A stretch of 64,000 bases of DNA from Mobula hypostoma (taxonomy: Eukaryota): contig NC_086097.1 of assembly GCF_963921235.1 (NCBI RefSeq), positions 239,756,001-239,820,000 on the forward strand, given 5' to 3'. A model generated the notes under the pieces. The model was not told where the DNA came from, searched no databases, and saw only the letters and a list, made by a program, of their open reading frames with translations. A program made the position numbers and the translations under genes. Below are positions 11,239 to 23,817 of the stretch, piece by piece. The stretch's first letter is position 1, and each line of letters starts with the position of its first letter.

Positions 11239-13253
11239 TGTCATAAGGTGGTGGCTGGGAACAGACACTGAAGTACTAGGGACAGGACTAGGATACAGGG
11301 CGATGGCAAGGACATGGACAGGAAAACCAGGAACCTGGAACAGAACTGGACAAGAGAGCTAGGAGGCCGGGCTTGGACTCCGAGCCAGAGACTGGACAAG
11401 GACCCAGTACCTGGGTCTTGCCTCTGGCTCGGAACCCAGAACTAGGCAAGGACGAGGCTTGGCAGGCAGGCAGAATGAGGCTGGAATCTTCAGGCTTGAG
11501 GCTGGAGACTAGAGACTTGGCTCGGCAGGAGGCAGGAGGCCGGAGTCTTCAGGCTTGAGGCTAGAGGCTAGAGACTTGGCTTGGCTTGGCAAGAGGCTAG
11601 AGGCTAGAGACTTGGCTTGGCTTGGCTTGGCAAGAGGCTAGAGGCTAGAGACTTGGCTTGGCTTGGCAAGAAGCTAGAGGCTGGAGTCTTCAGGCTTGAG
11701 GCTTGGCAGGAGGCAGGAGGCTGGAGTCTTCAGGCTTGAGGCTTGAGGCTAGAGGCGAGGCTTGGCAGGAGGCAGGATGACTGCCAAGAGCCAGAATGGA
11801 CAAGGACCCAATACCTGGGTCTTGCCTCTGATTTGGACCCCAGAACCAGGCAAGGACGAGGCTTGGCAGGCAGGCAGGACAAGGCTGGAGTCTTCAGGCT
11901 TGAGGCTAGGCAGGAGGCTGGAGTCCTCAGGCTTGAGGCTAGGCAGGAGACTGGGGTCCTCAGGCTTGAGGCTAGGCAGGGGGCTGGAGTCCTCAGGCTT
12001 GAGGCTAGGCAGGGGGCTGGAGTCCTCAGGCTTGAGGCTAGGCAGGGGGCTGGAGTCCTCAGGCTTGAGGATAGGCAGGAGGATGGAGTCCTCAGGCTTG
12101 AGGTTAGGCAGGAGGCTGGAAACTTCAGGCTCGAGGCTAGGCAAGAGACGAGGTGAGGCTTGGCAGGAGGTTGGAGGCTTGAGACTTGAGGTGAGGCTGG
12201 AGGCTTGAGACTTGAGACTTGTGGCGAGGTGAGGCTGGAGGCAGGAGACTTGTGGTGAGGCGAGGCTGGAGGCTGGAGGCTAGAGGAAGGATACTTGAGG
12301 CGAGGCGAGGCTGGAGGCTAGAGGCAGGAGACGAGGCGAGGCGAGGCTGGAGGCTGGAGGCAGGAGACTTGAGGCGAGGCGAGGCTGGAGGCTGGAGGCT
12401 AGAGGCAGGAGGCTAGAGGCAGGAGACTTGAGGCGAGGCGAGGCTGGAGGCTGGAGGCTAGAGGCAGGAGGCTAGAGGCAGGAGACTTGAGGCAAGGCGA
12501 GGCTGGAGATTAGAGGCAGGAGACGAGGTGAGGCGAGGCTGGAGGCAGGAGACTTGAGGCAAGGTGAGGCTGGAGGCTGGAGACTTGAGGCGAGGTGAGG
12601 CTGGAGGCTAGAGGCAGGAGACGAGGCGAGGTGAGGCTGGAGGCTGGAGGCAGGAGATGAGGCGAGGCGAGGCTGGAGGCTGGAGGCAGGAGACGAGGCG
12701 AGACTGGAGGCTGGAGGCAGGAGACTTGAGGTGAGGCTCCTCCTGGGCAGGGCACGGTTCACCTGGGCAGGGCGCGGTACTCCTGGGCAGGGCGCGGTAC
12801 TCCTGGGCAGGGCGCGGATCACCACCCAACAGAGGCAAGGGACAGAACCAACCCCAGGTAAGGGCAAGACAGCCTGGCTTACCTGGGCGGAGGCAAGGGA
12901 CGGGAAGGGAGCTAGGTACAGGGTGGCTCCAGGACAAGACGGCAAGACAAGGCAAGGCTTCTGGCAAAGCAAGGCAAAACAGAACTTCAGGCGAGGTGAG
13001 AGTTACCAGTAAGACAAGGCAGGGCTTCAGGTGGGGAAACGAAAGGCAGAATAAGGGATATAAGGAGTAAGGACAGGAACAATCCAGCAGCCACGCCCTG
13101 GTCTCTGGAGGTATTTATGCAGCCAGTCCCAACAGGCATCAGCTGTCTTAATTAGTGCTTAACAGGAACAGAAACAGGGTAGGCAGGAAAACCTGGATCT
13201 CGATGATCTGGATGGTGAACCGGAATACGGACTTCACAGACTGGACCATGACA
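11239..13253 (-). mobile_element. Solo LTR (~2.0 kb) with an internal minisatellite expansion
   Basis: Inverted termini TGTCAT...ATGACA; TSD ATTCT/ATTCC at 11234-11238 and 13254-13258; TATA-like ATAAATAC on the minus strand at ~13111-13118. Confidence 0.8.
11460..12815. repeat. G/A-rich compound minisatellite
   Basis: 33-bp unit GAGGCTAGGCAGGGGGCTGGAGTCCTCAGGCTT (~11880-12140); mosaics of GAGGC, GAGGCTG and GAGACTT (12150-12730); (CTTGG)n; ~20-bp unit CTCCTGGGCAGGGCGCGGTA (12739-12815). Confidence 0.95.
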
Positions 13254-13565
13254 ATTCCATAGTTAGACCCTTCAGCAATTTGGGCATCGAGGGAGCGAGG
13301 AAGAGGAGAACCATCCACAGTACCACTGTTGCGGCAGAGAGGGCCTCAAGATGGCTGTGGCTCAAAAGAGGGGAGCCATGGAGTCATAAGTAGCTAGCCA
13401 TCTGGACACAAGCTGGGGTCTGAACAGCCCTGGCTGGGTCACCTGGAGGAGGTTGTATGATGTTGAAAGACCCGAAACACCCGATGATTCCAGAAACATC
13501 ACTGAAGATGTGTCCAGAAGCATCAGTAGATGTATGTACACAGTGTCACCATGTACAATCCTGAG

Positions 13566-13660
13566 AAACACATAGAAAATGCTGGAGGAACTCAGCAGGC
13601 CAGGCAGCATCTGTGGAAAAGAGTACAGATGATGTTTCAGGCTGAGACCCTTCAGCAGGA
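13566..13660 (-). mobile_element. Penelope-like pseudo-LTR fragment with a degenerate hammerhead motif
   Basis: Minus strand CCTGCTGAAGGGTCTCAGCCTGAAACATC; same family as 45533-45630. Confidence 0.75.
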
Positions 13661-14834
13661 ATGTCACGAAATACAGCTCCGAGATTCACGTTCCTGTGGG
13701 CAGACTCAGCAAATCTACAGAACAGTAACTATAACTGCATCATTGAAAGATCAACCAGCGTGCAGAAGACAACAAACTGCGCAAATGCAAGTATAAATAA
13801 ATAGCAATAATTAACGTGAATATGAGATAACAAGCAAGCAAGCTTATCTGTATAGCACTTTCCAAACAAGGCAGTTCAAAGTGCTTAACATAGAACAAGA
13901 TATAAAAATCAAACATCAAACATTAAACAAAGAGATAAAAAGTTCTTAAAGTAAGATCTTTGGTCAGAGAGCTCTACCAGGATCGGAGGTCTGTGCAGGC
14001 AGAAGGCATGAGAGCAGATGACCCCTTAGATTGTTGAGTTGGTGAGCTTGGAATGTAGGGTTCCATCACTGGCAAGTCCTGGATTCAATACCAAAGAGCA
14101 AAGCCCAAAATTTGGAGCTCAAAGCAAGTGAGTCCAGACATTGAGACCCTGGGTCTGTGAGTCCACTGGGGAAATCGGCGGCCTGATGTGAGTCTGCAAG
14201 TGCACTGAAGATACAGAGTTCTCCTGTCCTGGTTTTGGAGCCCTACCTGTGTGTGTGAGTAGGAGGGAAGAAAGCGACTTATTTTACTGTGGTTCTTTTG
14301 CTTTGTTGTTTGAGCTTCTGTTCTTCTGTGTGGAACTTTGTGGGAATGCTGTGTTGGTGATGGAATGTGTGATGTCACTTGCAGGTTGTGTTGGTTGTTG
14401 TGTTGGCCAACTACGTATTCCTTTTCATGTATCAGTGTACATGTGATAAGTAAAGGAATCTGAATATGGGGAAAGAGAAAAACAGAAATAATGTTATAGG
14501 AGTCTGCAGGAGTACTGAGGGAGATTGAGGGGAATGGGTAAAGACAAGCTTTTCATTGTACCTGAGGAGATATGACAATAACAAACCCATTCCAATGCCA
14601 ATTTGATTTAATAAAACAGCTCAGTCCAGAATAAATTTCTTCAGTGAACCCACCTTAGGCCATCAATTCTGACCTCACAGTAGAAAGACTCGTTTAGAAA
14701 ACTGAAACAGTGAATCACATCACTGAATGCATTTTGGTCCAAAATCTACAATAAAGTTGGAATGGCCTATTCAGTGCCTTACTCTTCTGTGTATGTAAAA
14801 GAGATCAACACCTCCCTGCTTCTAACCCCATTTC

Positions 14835-15430
14835 AAAGTTCAAAGTAAAATTATTATCAAAGTACATACAGTATATGTCACCCTGAGATTCATTTTCTTG
14901 TGGGTATACTCAATAAATTCAATAACCATCATAAAATCACTGAAAGATCTCATCACCTTGGGTGTCCAACTAGTGTGCAAAAGACAAGAAAAGCTGAGCA
15001 AATACAAAATTAACGAAATAATAGTAATAAATATATAAGCAATAAATATTGAAAACATGAGTTGAAGAGTCTTTGAAAGTAAGTCCATTGGTTGTAGGAC
15101 ATTTCAATGATGGGGCAAGTGAAGTTGATTGAAGTTCAAGAGCCTAATGGCTGAGGAATAATATCTATTCCTGAACCTGGTGGTGTGAGTGCTGAGGCTC
15201 CTGGACCATCTTCCTGATGGCAGCAGTGAGAAGAAAGCATGTCGTGGGTGGCGGGGGCTCCTGATGATGGATGCTGCTTTGCAATGACAACACATCAGCA
15301 ACTTCTCAAAACACTTCATCATTGTGGATGCAAGTGCTACTGGATGGAAGTCATTGGGGCAGGTTACTAGGTTCTTCATAGGCACTGGTATAAGGGAAAT
15401 CTGCTTGAAGCAGGTGGATACCCCAGACAG
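14835..15430 (-). mobile_element. Rex1/Babar-type LINE 3' fragment with an internal deletion
   Basis: ORF 15104-15463 contains PNDFHPVALASTMMKCFEKL, matching the RT at 46082, fused to FSLLPSGR...TTRFRNRY. Confidence 0.8.
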
Positions 15431-15879
15431 CCATTTGCTGCTTCTTCCTTTCGTTGTCTCCATTTAGACGAGTCGAAGAATTTCAAGCCAAAACATTGAA
15501 CGTCCATTTCCCTACATAGATGCTATCTGCCCAGTTGAGTTCTCCAGTGTTTTGTGTGTTGTTCAATATTCTTATTCTTATATACAAGTCAAATTATATG
15601 GTGCAACAGCATAATATGGTTTCCTTCAGTTACTTATGCATTTTTCACAACATAGACGTCACTAAGAAGGAAAATATTTATTGCCCATTGCTTTTCACCT
15701 TTAGGAAGGGCATGGGAAGCTCTCTCATGAATGACTACTGTCCTGTTGGTGAAAGTAGAAACACTGTTGAGGTGAAGGTGCCGGATTTAAACTGAGTGCA
15801 AAAGAAGGATAAACAGATTGTTCACCCTCAGCCTGCTGCCCTTGCACTTCTTAATGGTAGAGGTCACCATTCAGAGTAA

Positions 15880-18128
15880 AAGACCATAAGACCATGAGAC
15901 ATAGGAGCAGAATTAGGCCAGTTGGCCCATTGAGTCTGTTTCACAATTTCATCAGGACAGAGCCATTTTTTCTCTCAGCACCAGTCTCCTGCCTTCTTCC
16001 CGTATCCCTTCATGCCCTGACCAATCAAGAATCTATCAACCTTTGCCTCAAATCTACATAAGGACTTGGCCTCCACATCTGACTGTGGCACCAAATTCCA
16101 CTCTCTGGCAAAAGAATTTCCTCCTTTTGAGGCTGTGGTCTAAGATGATCCCACCATAGGAAACATCTTCTCCACATACAGTCTATCAAGGTCTTTCACC
16201 ATTCAATAGGTTTCAATGAGGTCCTATCTCATTCTGCTGAATTCCAGTGAATACAGTTCCAGAGCCATCAAATGCTCTTCATATCACAAGCCATTCAATC
16301 CTGGAATCATTTTTGTGAACCTCCTTTGAGCCCTCTCCAGTTTTAGCACATTCTTTCTAAGATAAAGGACACAAAATTCCTCACAATATTTCAAGTGAGG
16401 CCACACCAGTGTTTTATGAAGTCTCAACATTACATCCTTGCTTTTATATTCTAGTCCTCTTGAAATGAATGCTAACACCTTTAGTCCTTTTCGGTTTTGT
16501 CCACCTTTTACATTGCATTTTATCCTGCTGACTGCAATTTTGCCCTATCAACAGCCTCTCCCTGCTAGCAGTCTCACTACACATTGCCTCTGTTAGTAAA
16601 CCAATTACTTCATCTTCAACATTGTCACTCCAGTTGCCATCCCCCTGACAAAATTACAAACGTTTGTAGCTTAAACCTACCTGAACAACTCTAACTAACC
16701 TGCCCACAAGTACATTGGACTCTATCAGCTTCAGGTAATTTGTCCCTGTTGTGCAGGTCATACCTTCCCCAGAAGAGATCCCAGTGATCCATAAATCTGA
16801 ACCCCTGCCCCCTGCACCAGTTCCTCAGCCATGCATTCTCCAGCCAAATCATTCCATTCTTATCTTCGCTGGCACATTTCAAAGGCAGCAATCCAAAGAT
16901 TACTACCCTGGAGGTACTGTTTCTCAGTTTTTTACCTAACTCGCTAAACTTTCTCTTCAGGACCTCCTCACCTTGTCTACCTATGTCATCGGTGCCCAAT
17001 ATGTTCCAAGACTTCTGGATGCTTATCCTCACTCTTGAGAACCTTGAGAATGCCACGGACTCAATCCAAGACCTCCCTGATCCTGGCACCAAGAAGGCAA
17101 CATACCATCCGAATGTCTCTATTGCGCTCACAGAACCTCGTCTCTGTTTCTCAGACAAAGGAATCTCCTATCAACACTGCAGTCCTCTTCACCTCTCCAG
17201 TCTTCTGAGCCACAGCACCAGACCAGTGTCAGAAATCCAGTCACTCTGGCTCCCCCCAGTAGGTCATTCCCCTGAATAGGATCTAATGTTGTATACTTAT
17301 TATCGAGGGGAATGGCCACAGGTGTACTCTTCACTAGCTGTACATTTCGCCTCCTTCTCCTGACAGTCACCCGGTTACCTGTCTCCTGCAACCTAGGGGT
17401 GTCTACCTCCTTGTAGCTCCTATCTATCACTTCCTCCTTCTCCTGTAGGAGTCGAAGGTCATCAAGCTGCAGCTCCAGTTACTTAATGCGTTCTCTCAGG
17501 AGTTGCAGCTCGGTGCACTTGATGCAGGTGCGTTTATCTGGGAAACTGGAGGTCTCCCAGACTTCCCACATCCCACAAAGAGTACACATCACTGCCTCTG
17601 GAGCCATTCTCACTAAACTAGTATGCCCTAACAGATGAGGAATAAACAAGTAAGGACAGAGAGAGAGAGTAACTTACAAGACAATGTACCTCACCCAAAT
17701 CTGATCTTGCCTAAGCCTGATGAGCCAAAGCAACTCTAGACACCGGCACACTCCACTCCGCTTGCACTTGAATTATTCTTATTTGCCCTTTCTAATGAAT
17801 CCCTCTTGCTGATTGGTCATTCCTCAACTCAGAGAAACTGCAGCGAATCTCTGCTTTCGAAATCTTGATCGCCCTCCTGATTAGAAAGTAGTTATTTTTA
17901 TGCAGCCCTCACGTGGATTGTCCAACTTAGAGAAAACTGGTGCAAAACTTGGCTTTTTAAATCTTGAATGCAGACCTGACTGAAAGGTAGCTCTTTTTAC
18001 GCACTGCATCTTGCTGATTGGTCGCTCCCCAACTCAGAGAAACTGCCATGAAATTCTGCCTTTGAAATCAGGATTGCCCTCCTGACTAATAGGTAGCTCT
18101 TTTTACCAGCCCTGGCATGGGTTTGTCT
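15880..18128 (-). mobile_element. Degenerate CR1 with 5' UTR, ORF1 (SGNH esterase-like) and ORF2 3' end; most of ORF2 deleted
   Basis: GTDDIGR...NAWLRNWCRGQGFRFMDHWDLFWGRYDL (ORF1 esterase); LAFISRGLEYKSKDVMLRL (ORF2); (ATGGTCTT)-type tail near 15880-15900. Confidence 0.85.
17805..18128. repeat. Diverged ~100-bp tandem units in the CR1 5' UTR
   Basis: Three copies of CAACTCAGAGAAACTG...AAATCTTGA...CCTGA...GGTAGCTCTTTTTA; CCAAT boxes on the minus strand and CACGTG at ~17909. Confidence 0.7.
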
Positions 18129-19119
18129 AAAAGATTAGAGATTAACTTTATTTACCACATGTACAGTACATTGAAACACACTCAGTGAGATGCATCATTT
18201 CTTGTGTCAAATCAAATCAGCAAAGACATGGCATATTAAATTTTGAAAAACATTGTATGAATGACTTAACAGTTCAAAATGATAACTTAATGCTTTCTGA
18301 GCTCACAGCAAGTAATGCGTCTGTACAAGGTAAACACTACTGTCTGAAACTGGATTCTTTCTTAGTCTCATGCACCATTAACATGAGTATGTCTGTTAAT
18401 GACTAAATGTCTGTTGGGCACTTTGACGGCTAGGTTGATGGATTCTTTCTTAGCATCTGTCAAATTGGCTTGATGGATTCTTTTTTGGATTTGAACTTAT
18501 TGCTTATATAAAAAGTTGATGTTCTTTTGTAACTAAAGGAATGTTGTGCCCGAAACATTGGTACTCTGATGGATGAGGACTGGCCATTAAACTGTCTTAT
18601 TGATTTACAAGGGTATGCTGAACGCTGTGCTGTTGAACACACTAGTTGTTTGAATGAAAGAAACTAGGCTGAGTTAATGGCATGAGAACAAAACATCAAA
18701 GGGTTTGTTTGACTCTTTGTGTCTGTCTATGCTTATGGAACTCGTATTTATTGGGGTACCTTCCCTGGGTTTGTTGTACTTTGCCCAGACTCAAAATTGT
18801 GATCAGTGCCCAGAACCCAGGGGTAGTTTCACAAGTGAGCTGGAATTTGGAGTTTTCCCGACAACAGTGGCAATCATATGGTGACTAAGTATCGAGAGCC
18901 CTGAAGTCTTTCTGGAAATGTCTGTGATTTATTACATACCATTTTGTGTGGTTTATTCCTGCTTTCCATTTTATGATAATAATTTACGTTGTTATGCTTG
19001 TACACTTATTACCACATCTCTTGGGCGCAAATAGTTCGGGTCTGATTAACCCAGCCCAACACAAAAGTTTGTGCTGGCCAACCCGCAAGTATTGCCATGC
19101 TTCCAGTACCAACATAACA

Positions 19120-19280
19120 ATACACACAAAATGCTGCTGGAGGAACTCAGCAGGTCAGGCAGCATCTTTGGAAATGAATAGATAGTCAATGTTTCAGGCT
19201 GAGACCCTTTCTTCAGTGGGCGGAGGTGAAGGAGGCTAGCTGGAAGCTGATAGGTGAAGCCATGTATGTGGGAAAGGTCA
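19120..19280 (-). mobile_element. Penelope-like pseudo-LTR fragment
   Basis: TGCTGGAGGAACTCAGCAGGTCAGGCAGCATC; minus-strand CTGAAGAAAGGGTCTCAGCCTGAAACATTGAC. Confidence 0.75.
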
Positions 19281-19690
19281 AGGGTTGAATAGGTTAGGAA
19301 TTTATTCCCTAGAGCGTAGGAGAATGAGGGGAGATTTGATAGAGGTATGCACAATTATGTGGAGTATATATAGGATAAATGCAAGCAGACTTTTTCTACT
19401 GAGGTTGGGTAAGATTGGAACAAGAAGTCATGGGTTAAAGGTAAACAATGAAACGTTTAAGGGGATCCGGAGGGGGGACCGTTTTCACTCAGAGGGGTTG
19501 AGAGTGTGGAATGTTACCTCTGAGTGAAGCTGAGTGGATGCGAGTTCTATTTCAACATTTAAGACACATTTTGATAGGTTCATGGATGGGAGAGATATAG
19601 AGATTTATGGTCTAGGTGCAGGTCAATGGGACTAGGCAGGTTAGCAGTTTGTCATGGACTAGATGGGCTGAAGAGCCTGTTTCTGCACTG
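19281..19690 (+). mobile_element. CR1 3' fragment (family C-like)
   Basis: NRLGIYSLERRRMRGDLIEV; similar to 50515-50948. Confidence 0.85.
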
Positions 19691-19887
19691 TTTTCCATTG
19701 TCATAGTCATAAAATCATAGAACACAACAGCACAACAGCAATATTAATTCACTTTACAGTTGTAATAAAAAAATGAATAGTTTAAGAATGATGTGACATG
19801 AGTAAACCAGAAAAAATGTATTAAGAAAGGAACACACACAAAATGCTGGAGCAACTCAGGCAGTCAGACAGCATCTATGGAAATGAA

Positions 19888-20205
19888 TAATAGTAATAAT
19901 AGGCATCCGTTAGTCTCGTGAGACCATGGATTGTCGCCTTGGAAGGTTTCCAGGACACAGGCCTGGGCAAGGTTGTATGGAAGACCGGCAGTTGCCCATG
20001 CTGCAAGTCTCCCATCTCCACACCACCGATATTGTCCAAGGGAAGGGCACTAGGGCCGATACAGCTTGGCACTGGTGTCGTCGCAGAGCAATGTGTGGTT
20101 AAGTGCCTTGCTCAAGGACACAACAGGCAGCCTCAGCTAAGGCTCAAACTAGCGACCTTCAGATCACTAGACCAACGCCTTAACTACTTGGCCATGCTTC
20201 AACAC
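19888..20205 (-). mobile_element. tRNA-head SINE with RTE-type 3' tail, inserted in a Penelope fragment (19830-20560)
   Basis: Reverse complement of 41619-41930; TSD AAATGAA at 19881-19887 and 20206-20212. Confidence 0.85.
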
Positions 20206-20971
20206 AAATGAAAAGTTGAGGTGTTGGGTGGAGACCCTTCTTCAGGACTGAAAAGGAAGGAGGAAAATGCCAGAATAAAAAGGGTGGGGGAGAGTGATAG
20301 GTGAAGACAGGTTGTTGGGAAACATCAAGGGTTGGAGAAGAAGAAATCTGACAGGAGAGGAGAGTGGACCATAGGAGAAAGGGAAGGAGGAGGGGGACCG
20401 AGGAGGAAGTAATAGGCAGGTGAAATGAGGTAAAAGGTCAGAGTGGGAAATAGAGGAGGGAGGTTGGAATTGTTTGGAAGGAGAAATCGATATTGGAGCA
20501 TATCCAGACAGAATATAAGTTGTTGCTCCTTAACCCTGAGGAAGGCCTCATCTTGGCATCGGAACAGAAATACGAATCGGAATTAACATAGCCCACAAGT
20601 CACTAACCCTAAATGTGCATCTTTGGAATGTGATAGGAAACCAGAGCATTGAAGAAAATCCACATGATAACAGGGGGAATGTATAAATTCCTTAGAGACA
20701 GCAGAAGAACAGAACTCCAGTCTAACAGCTGACTGCTGAAGGGTGTTCTGCTGATTGCCACACTGCCAGCTACCATGCAGCCCCTAAAGTAATGTCTTGG
20801 CAGTGGTGGGATAAGCTAGAAAAATAATTGTATTGAATTTTGCAGACTATACACATTACATTTAGTGTGCATTGGTGGTGAAGAGAATAAGTAGTTTAAA
20901 GTAATGGATTGTGTACAAATCAAGTGGCTCTATTCTCCCGGATGACACTAAGCTTCTAGGAAGCTCATGTC

Positions 20972-22010
20972 AGTATTCACCCCTATTGGAAGATTTTGAG
21001 TGTTTTTGTTTTACAACATTGAATCGTAATGGATTTAATTTGGCTTTTTTTTTGACACTGATCAACAGATAGACTCTTTTGTGTCAAAGGGAAAACAGAT
21101 CTCTACAAAGTGATCTAATTTAATTATAAATATAAAACACAAAATAATTGATTGCATAACTATTCACCCTCTTCAAGTCAGTATTTAGTAGATGCACCTT
21201 CAGTAGCAATTACAGCCCTGGGTCTGTTAGGATAGGTTTCTATCAGCTTTGCACATCTGGACACTGCAATTTTTCCCCATTCTTCTTTACAAAACTGCTC
21301 AAACTCTGTCAGATTGCATGGAGATCATGAGTGAACAGCCTTTTTCAAGTGCAGCCACAAATTCTGAATTGGATTGAGGTCTGGACTCTGACTTGGTCAT
21401 TCTAGGCCATTAACTTTGTTGTTATTGAGGTATTCCTGTGTAGCTTTGACTTTATGCTTAGGGTCATTGCCTTCATGGAAAACATCTTCTCCAAAGTTGC
21501 AGTTCTCTTGCAGACTACATCAGGTTTTCCTCCAGGATTTCCCTGTATTTTTCTGCATTCGTTTTACCCCCTACCTTCACAAACCTTCCAAAGCCTGCTG
21601 CAGTGAAGCATCCCCACAGCATGATACAGCCATCACCCTGCTTCACATTAAGGATGGTGTGTTTTTGATGTGTGGTGTTTGGCCTACACCAAACATAGTG
21701 TTAAGTCTGATAGCCAAAAAGTTTAATTTTGGTTTCATCAGACCATAGAACCTCCTTCCAGCTGACTTCAGAGTCTCCCACATGCCTTCTGGCAAAGATT
21801 TACTGCTTGCCATATTCCTTCCATTTCTTGACAATTGACTTAACTTTGCTCCAAGGAATATTTAGTGACTTGAAAATTTTATTGTATCCACCTCCTGTCT
21901 TGTACGTTTCAATAACCTTTACGTGGAGTTGCTTGGAGTGTTCTTTTGTCTTCATGGTGTGCTTTTTGCCAAGATACTGACTCACCAGCAGTTGGACCTT
22001 TCAGATACAG
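20972..22010 (-). mobile_element. Tc1/mariner transposon remnant, internally deleted
   Basis: ORF 21800-21985 MKTKEHSKQLHVKVIETYKTGGGYNKIFKSLNIPWSKVKSIVKKWKEYGK (Tc1 paired-like HTH); the LWSDETKI-like catalytic region is in a shifted frame near 21720-21760. Confidence 0.85.
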
Positions 22011-22616
22011 TTCACTTCCTGCACCTGTGCTGAATTTGTCAACTTCGTCCACTTTTTTGCCTCTAACTTCCACCCTGCCCTCAAATTCACCTGGCTCTTT
22101 TCTGACACCTCACTTCCCTTTCTTGTTCTCACTGTCTCTATCTCTGGAGATAGCTTATCAACCGTTACCTATTACAAACTCACGGACTCTCACAGCTACC
22201 TGGATTAACCTCTTCCCAACCTGCTACTCGTGAAAATGCCATCCCCTTTTCTCATTCCTCCATCTCTGCCGCATCTGTTCTCAGTATGATGTTTTTCATT
22301 CTAGAATGAAGGAGATTTCCTCCTTTTTTAAGGAAAGGGGCTTCCCTTTCTCCACCATCAACAATATCTCTTCCACTTCACGCATGTCTACTCTACCCAT
22401 CTTCACCTACCACCTCGCCAGCCTCTGCATCCAGCACATAATTCTCTGAAACTTTCACTACCTCCAACGGGATCCCACCACTAAGCACATCTTACCCTCC
22501 CCACTACTTTCTGCTTTCCACAGGGATCACTCCCTTGACCATTTATCCCTCCCCACTGATCTCCCTCCTGGTACTTATCCTTGTAAGTAGAACAAGTGCT
22601 ACAGCTGCCCCTACAC

Positions 22617-23817
22617 CAGCGGTCCCCAACCTTTTTTGCACTGCAGACCGGTTTCATATTGACAATATTCTTGCGGACCGGCCGACCGGGGGGTGGGGGG
22701 GAATGGTTGCCAACGGACAAAAGTAGCAGTCAAATACATTGTGTTTACTCCGAGAAAGACTACAATGACCATGAAGCCTTGCGCGAGCACCAGTGCGCAT
22801 GCCTGCACGTGCCGATTTCTCTTTTCTGCAAATCGTTTATGGCGATTCTGTACTGGGGGGGGGGTGGTGTTAATCACGACCGGAATATAGGTGATAAGTG
22901 GCTAATACACTCAATTTCGTTTCTAAAAGGGTTTATCTAACGAATTTAATATTAAACACAAAGCGCATATTTTCCTCGCATGAGTATAGCGATAAGTCAA
23001 TTATCAGGGGAGGACAGGGGAGCTTGAAGTAAGTGTTGAACAAACTTCCAGTAGAAGTGGTAGAGGCAGGTTCGATATTATCATTTAAAGTTAAACTGGA
23101 CAGCTATATGGACAGGAAAGGAATGGAGGGTTATGGACTGAGTGCAGGTCGATGGGACCAGGTGAGAGTAGCGTTCAGCACGGACTAGAGGGGCAGGGAT
23201 CGCCTATTTCCGTGCTGTAATTGTTATATGGTTATATAAGTCACTTATAAGTCAATAGCATCATAACATTTTAAGTAACATTTGGATATTAAACATACAG
23301 CACATATTTTCCTCGTATGAACATATAAAATCATTGCAACGCAACAATATCGCTGAATCAGTGGGAGCCCTGGGATGAATACTTGTTTTCCTGCAACAAG
23401 ACGGTCCTATCAAGGGGTGATGGGAGACAGCGATACTCGAAGGGGGTTCCTTATGTCCAGTCTATTCCGCAATTTAGTTTTCGTTGCATTCATTGCAGAG
23501 ATATGTTGGAAATGGAAGCAACGTTTTCAGTGCTTACATGGCTATCTCAGGATATTTAGCTTTGACTTTGATCCAGAATGCCGGCAGAGATGTTATGTCA
23601 AACATAATTTTCAGCCTGCCGTCATTTGCAAGCTCGAGGAGTTGATCTCCTTCCCGCGCTGACATGGATGACGCCTGTGTAATGACCTCGCGTGTGTTCA
23701 AGTTCCACAGTGGGCGTGACAGGGAATGAGGAAAGGTGCAGCTGACTCCTATCACCAAATCATATCGTTTCCTCGCGGCCCAGTACCAGTCCACGGCCCG
23801 GTGGTTGGGGACCGCTG
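22617..23817 (-). mobile_element. hAT-Charlie non-autonomous DNA transposon (~1.2 kb)
   Basis: 15-bp TIR CAGCGGTCCCCAACC/GGTTGGGGACCGCTG; 8-bp TSD CCCTACAC/CCCTACAT; transposase fragment DQLLELANDGRLKIMFDITSLPAFWIKVKAKYPEIA. Confidence 0.92.
23040..23236 (+). mobile_element. CR1 3' tail inside the hAT element
   Basis: Matches 63355-63548; (GTTATATG)n tail. Confidence 0.85.

Larger units (their letters stand above)
11005..13543 (+). mobile_element. Second HERO-like copy, 5'-truncated and internally deleted, split by a solo LTR
   Basis: 11005-11198 matches 5539-5732; 11198-11238 and 13254-13543 match ~8388-8713. Confidence 0.9.

Noticed and set aside
11460..12815. Possible CRISPR-like array
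   Set aside because: No unique spacers, contiguous degenerate units, eukaryotic context, no cas genes
11743..12972. Overlapping repetitive ORFs (RLEARQGAGVL repeats; Pro/Ser-rich antisense frames)
   Set aside because: By-product of a 33-bp and shorter tandem repeats that leave several frames on both strands stop-free
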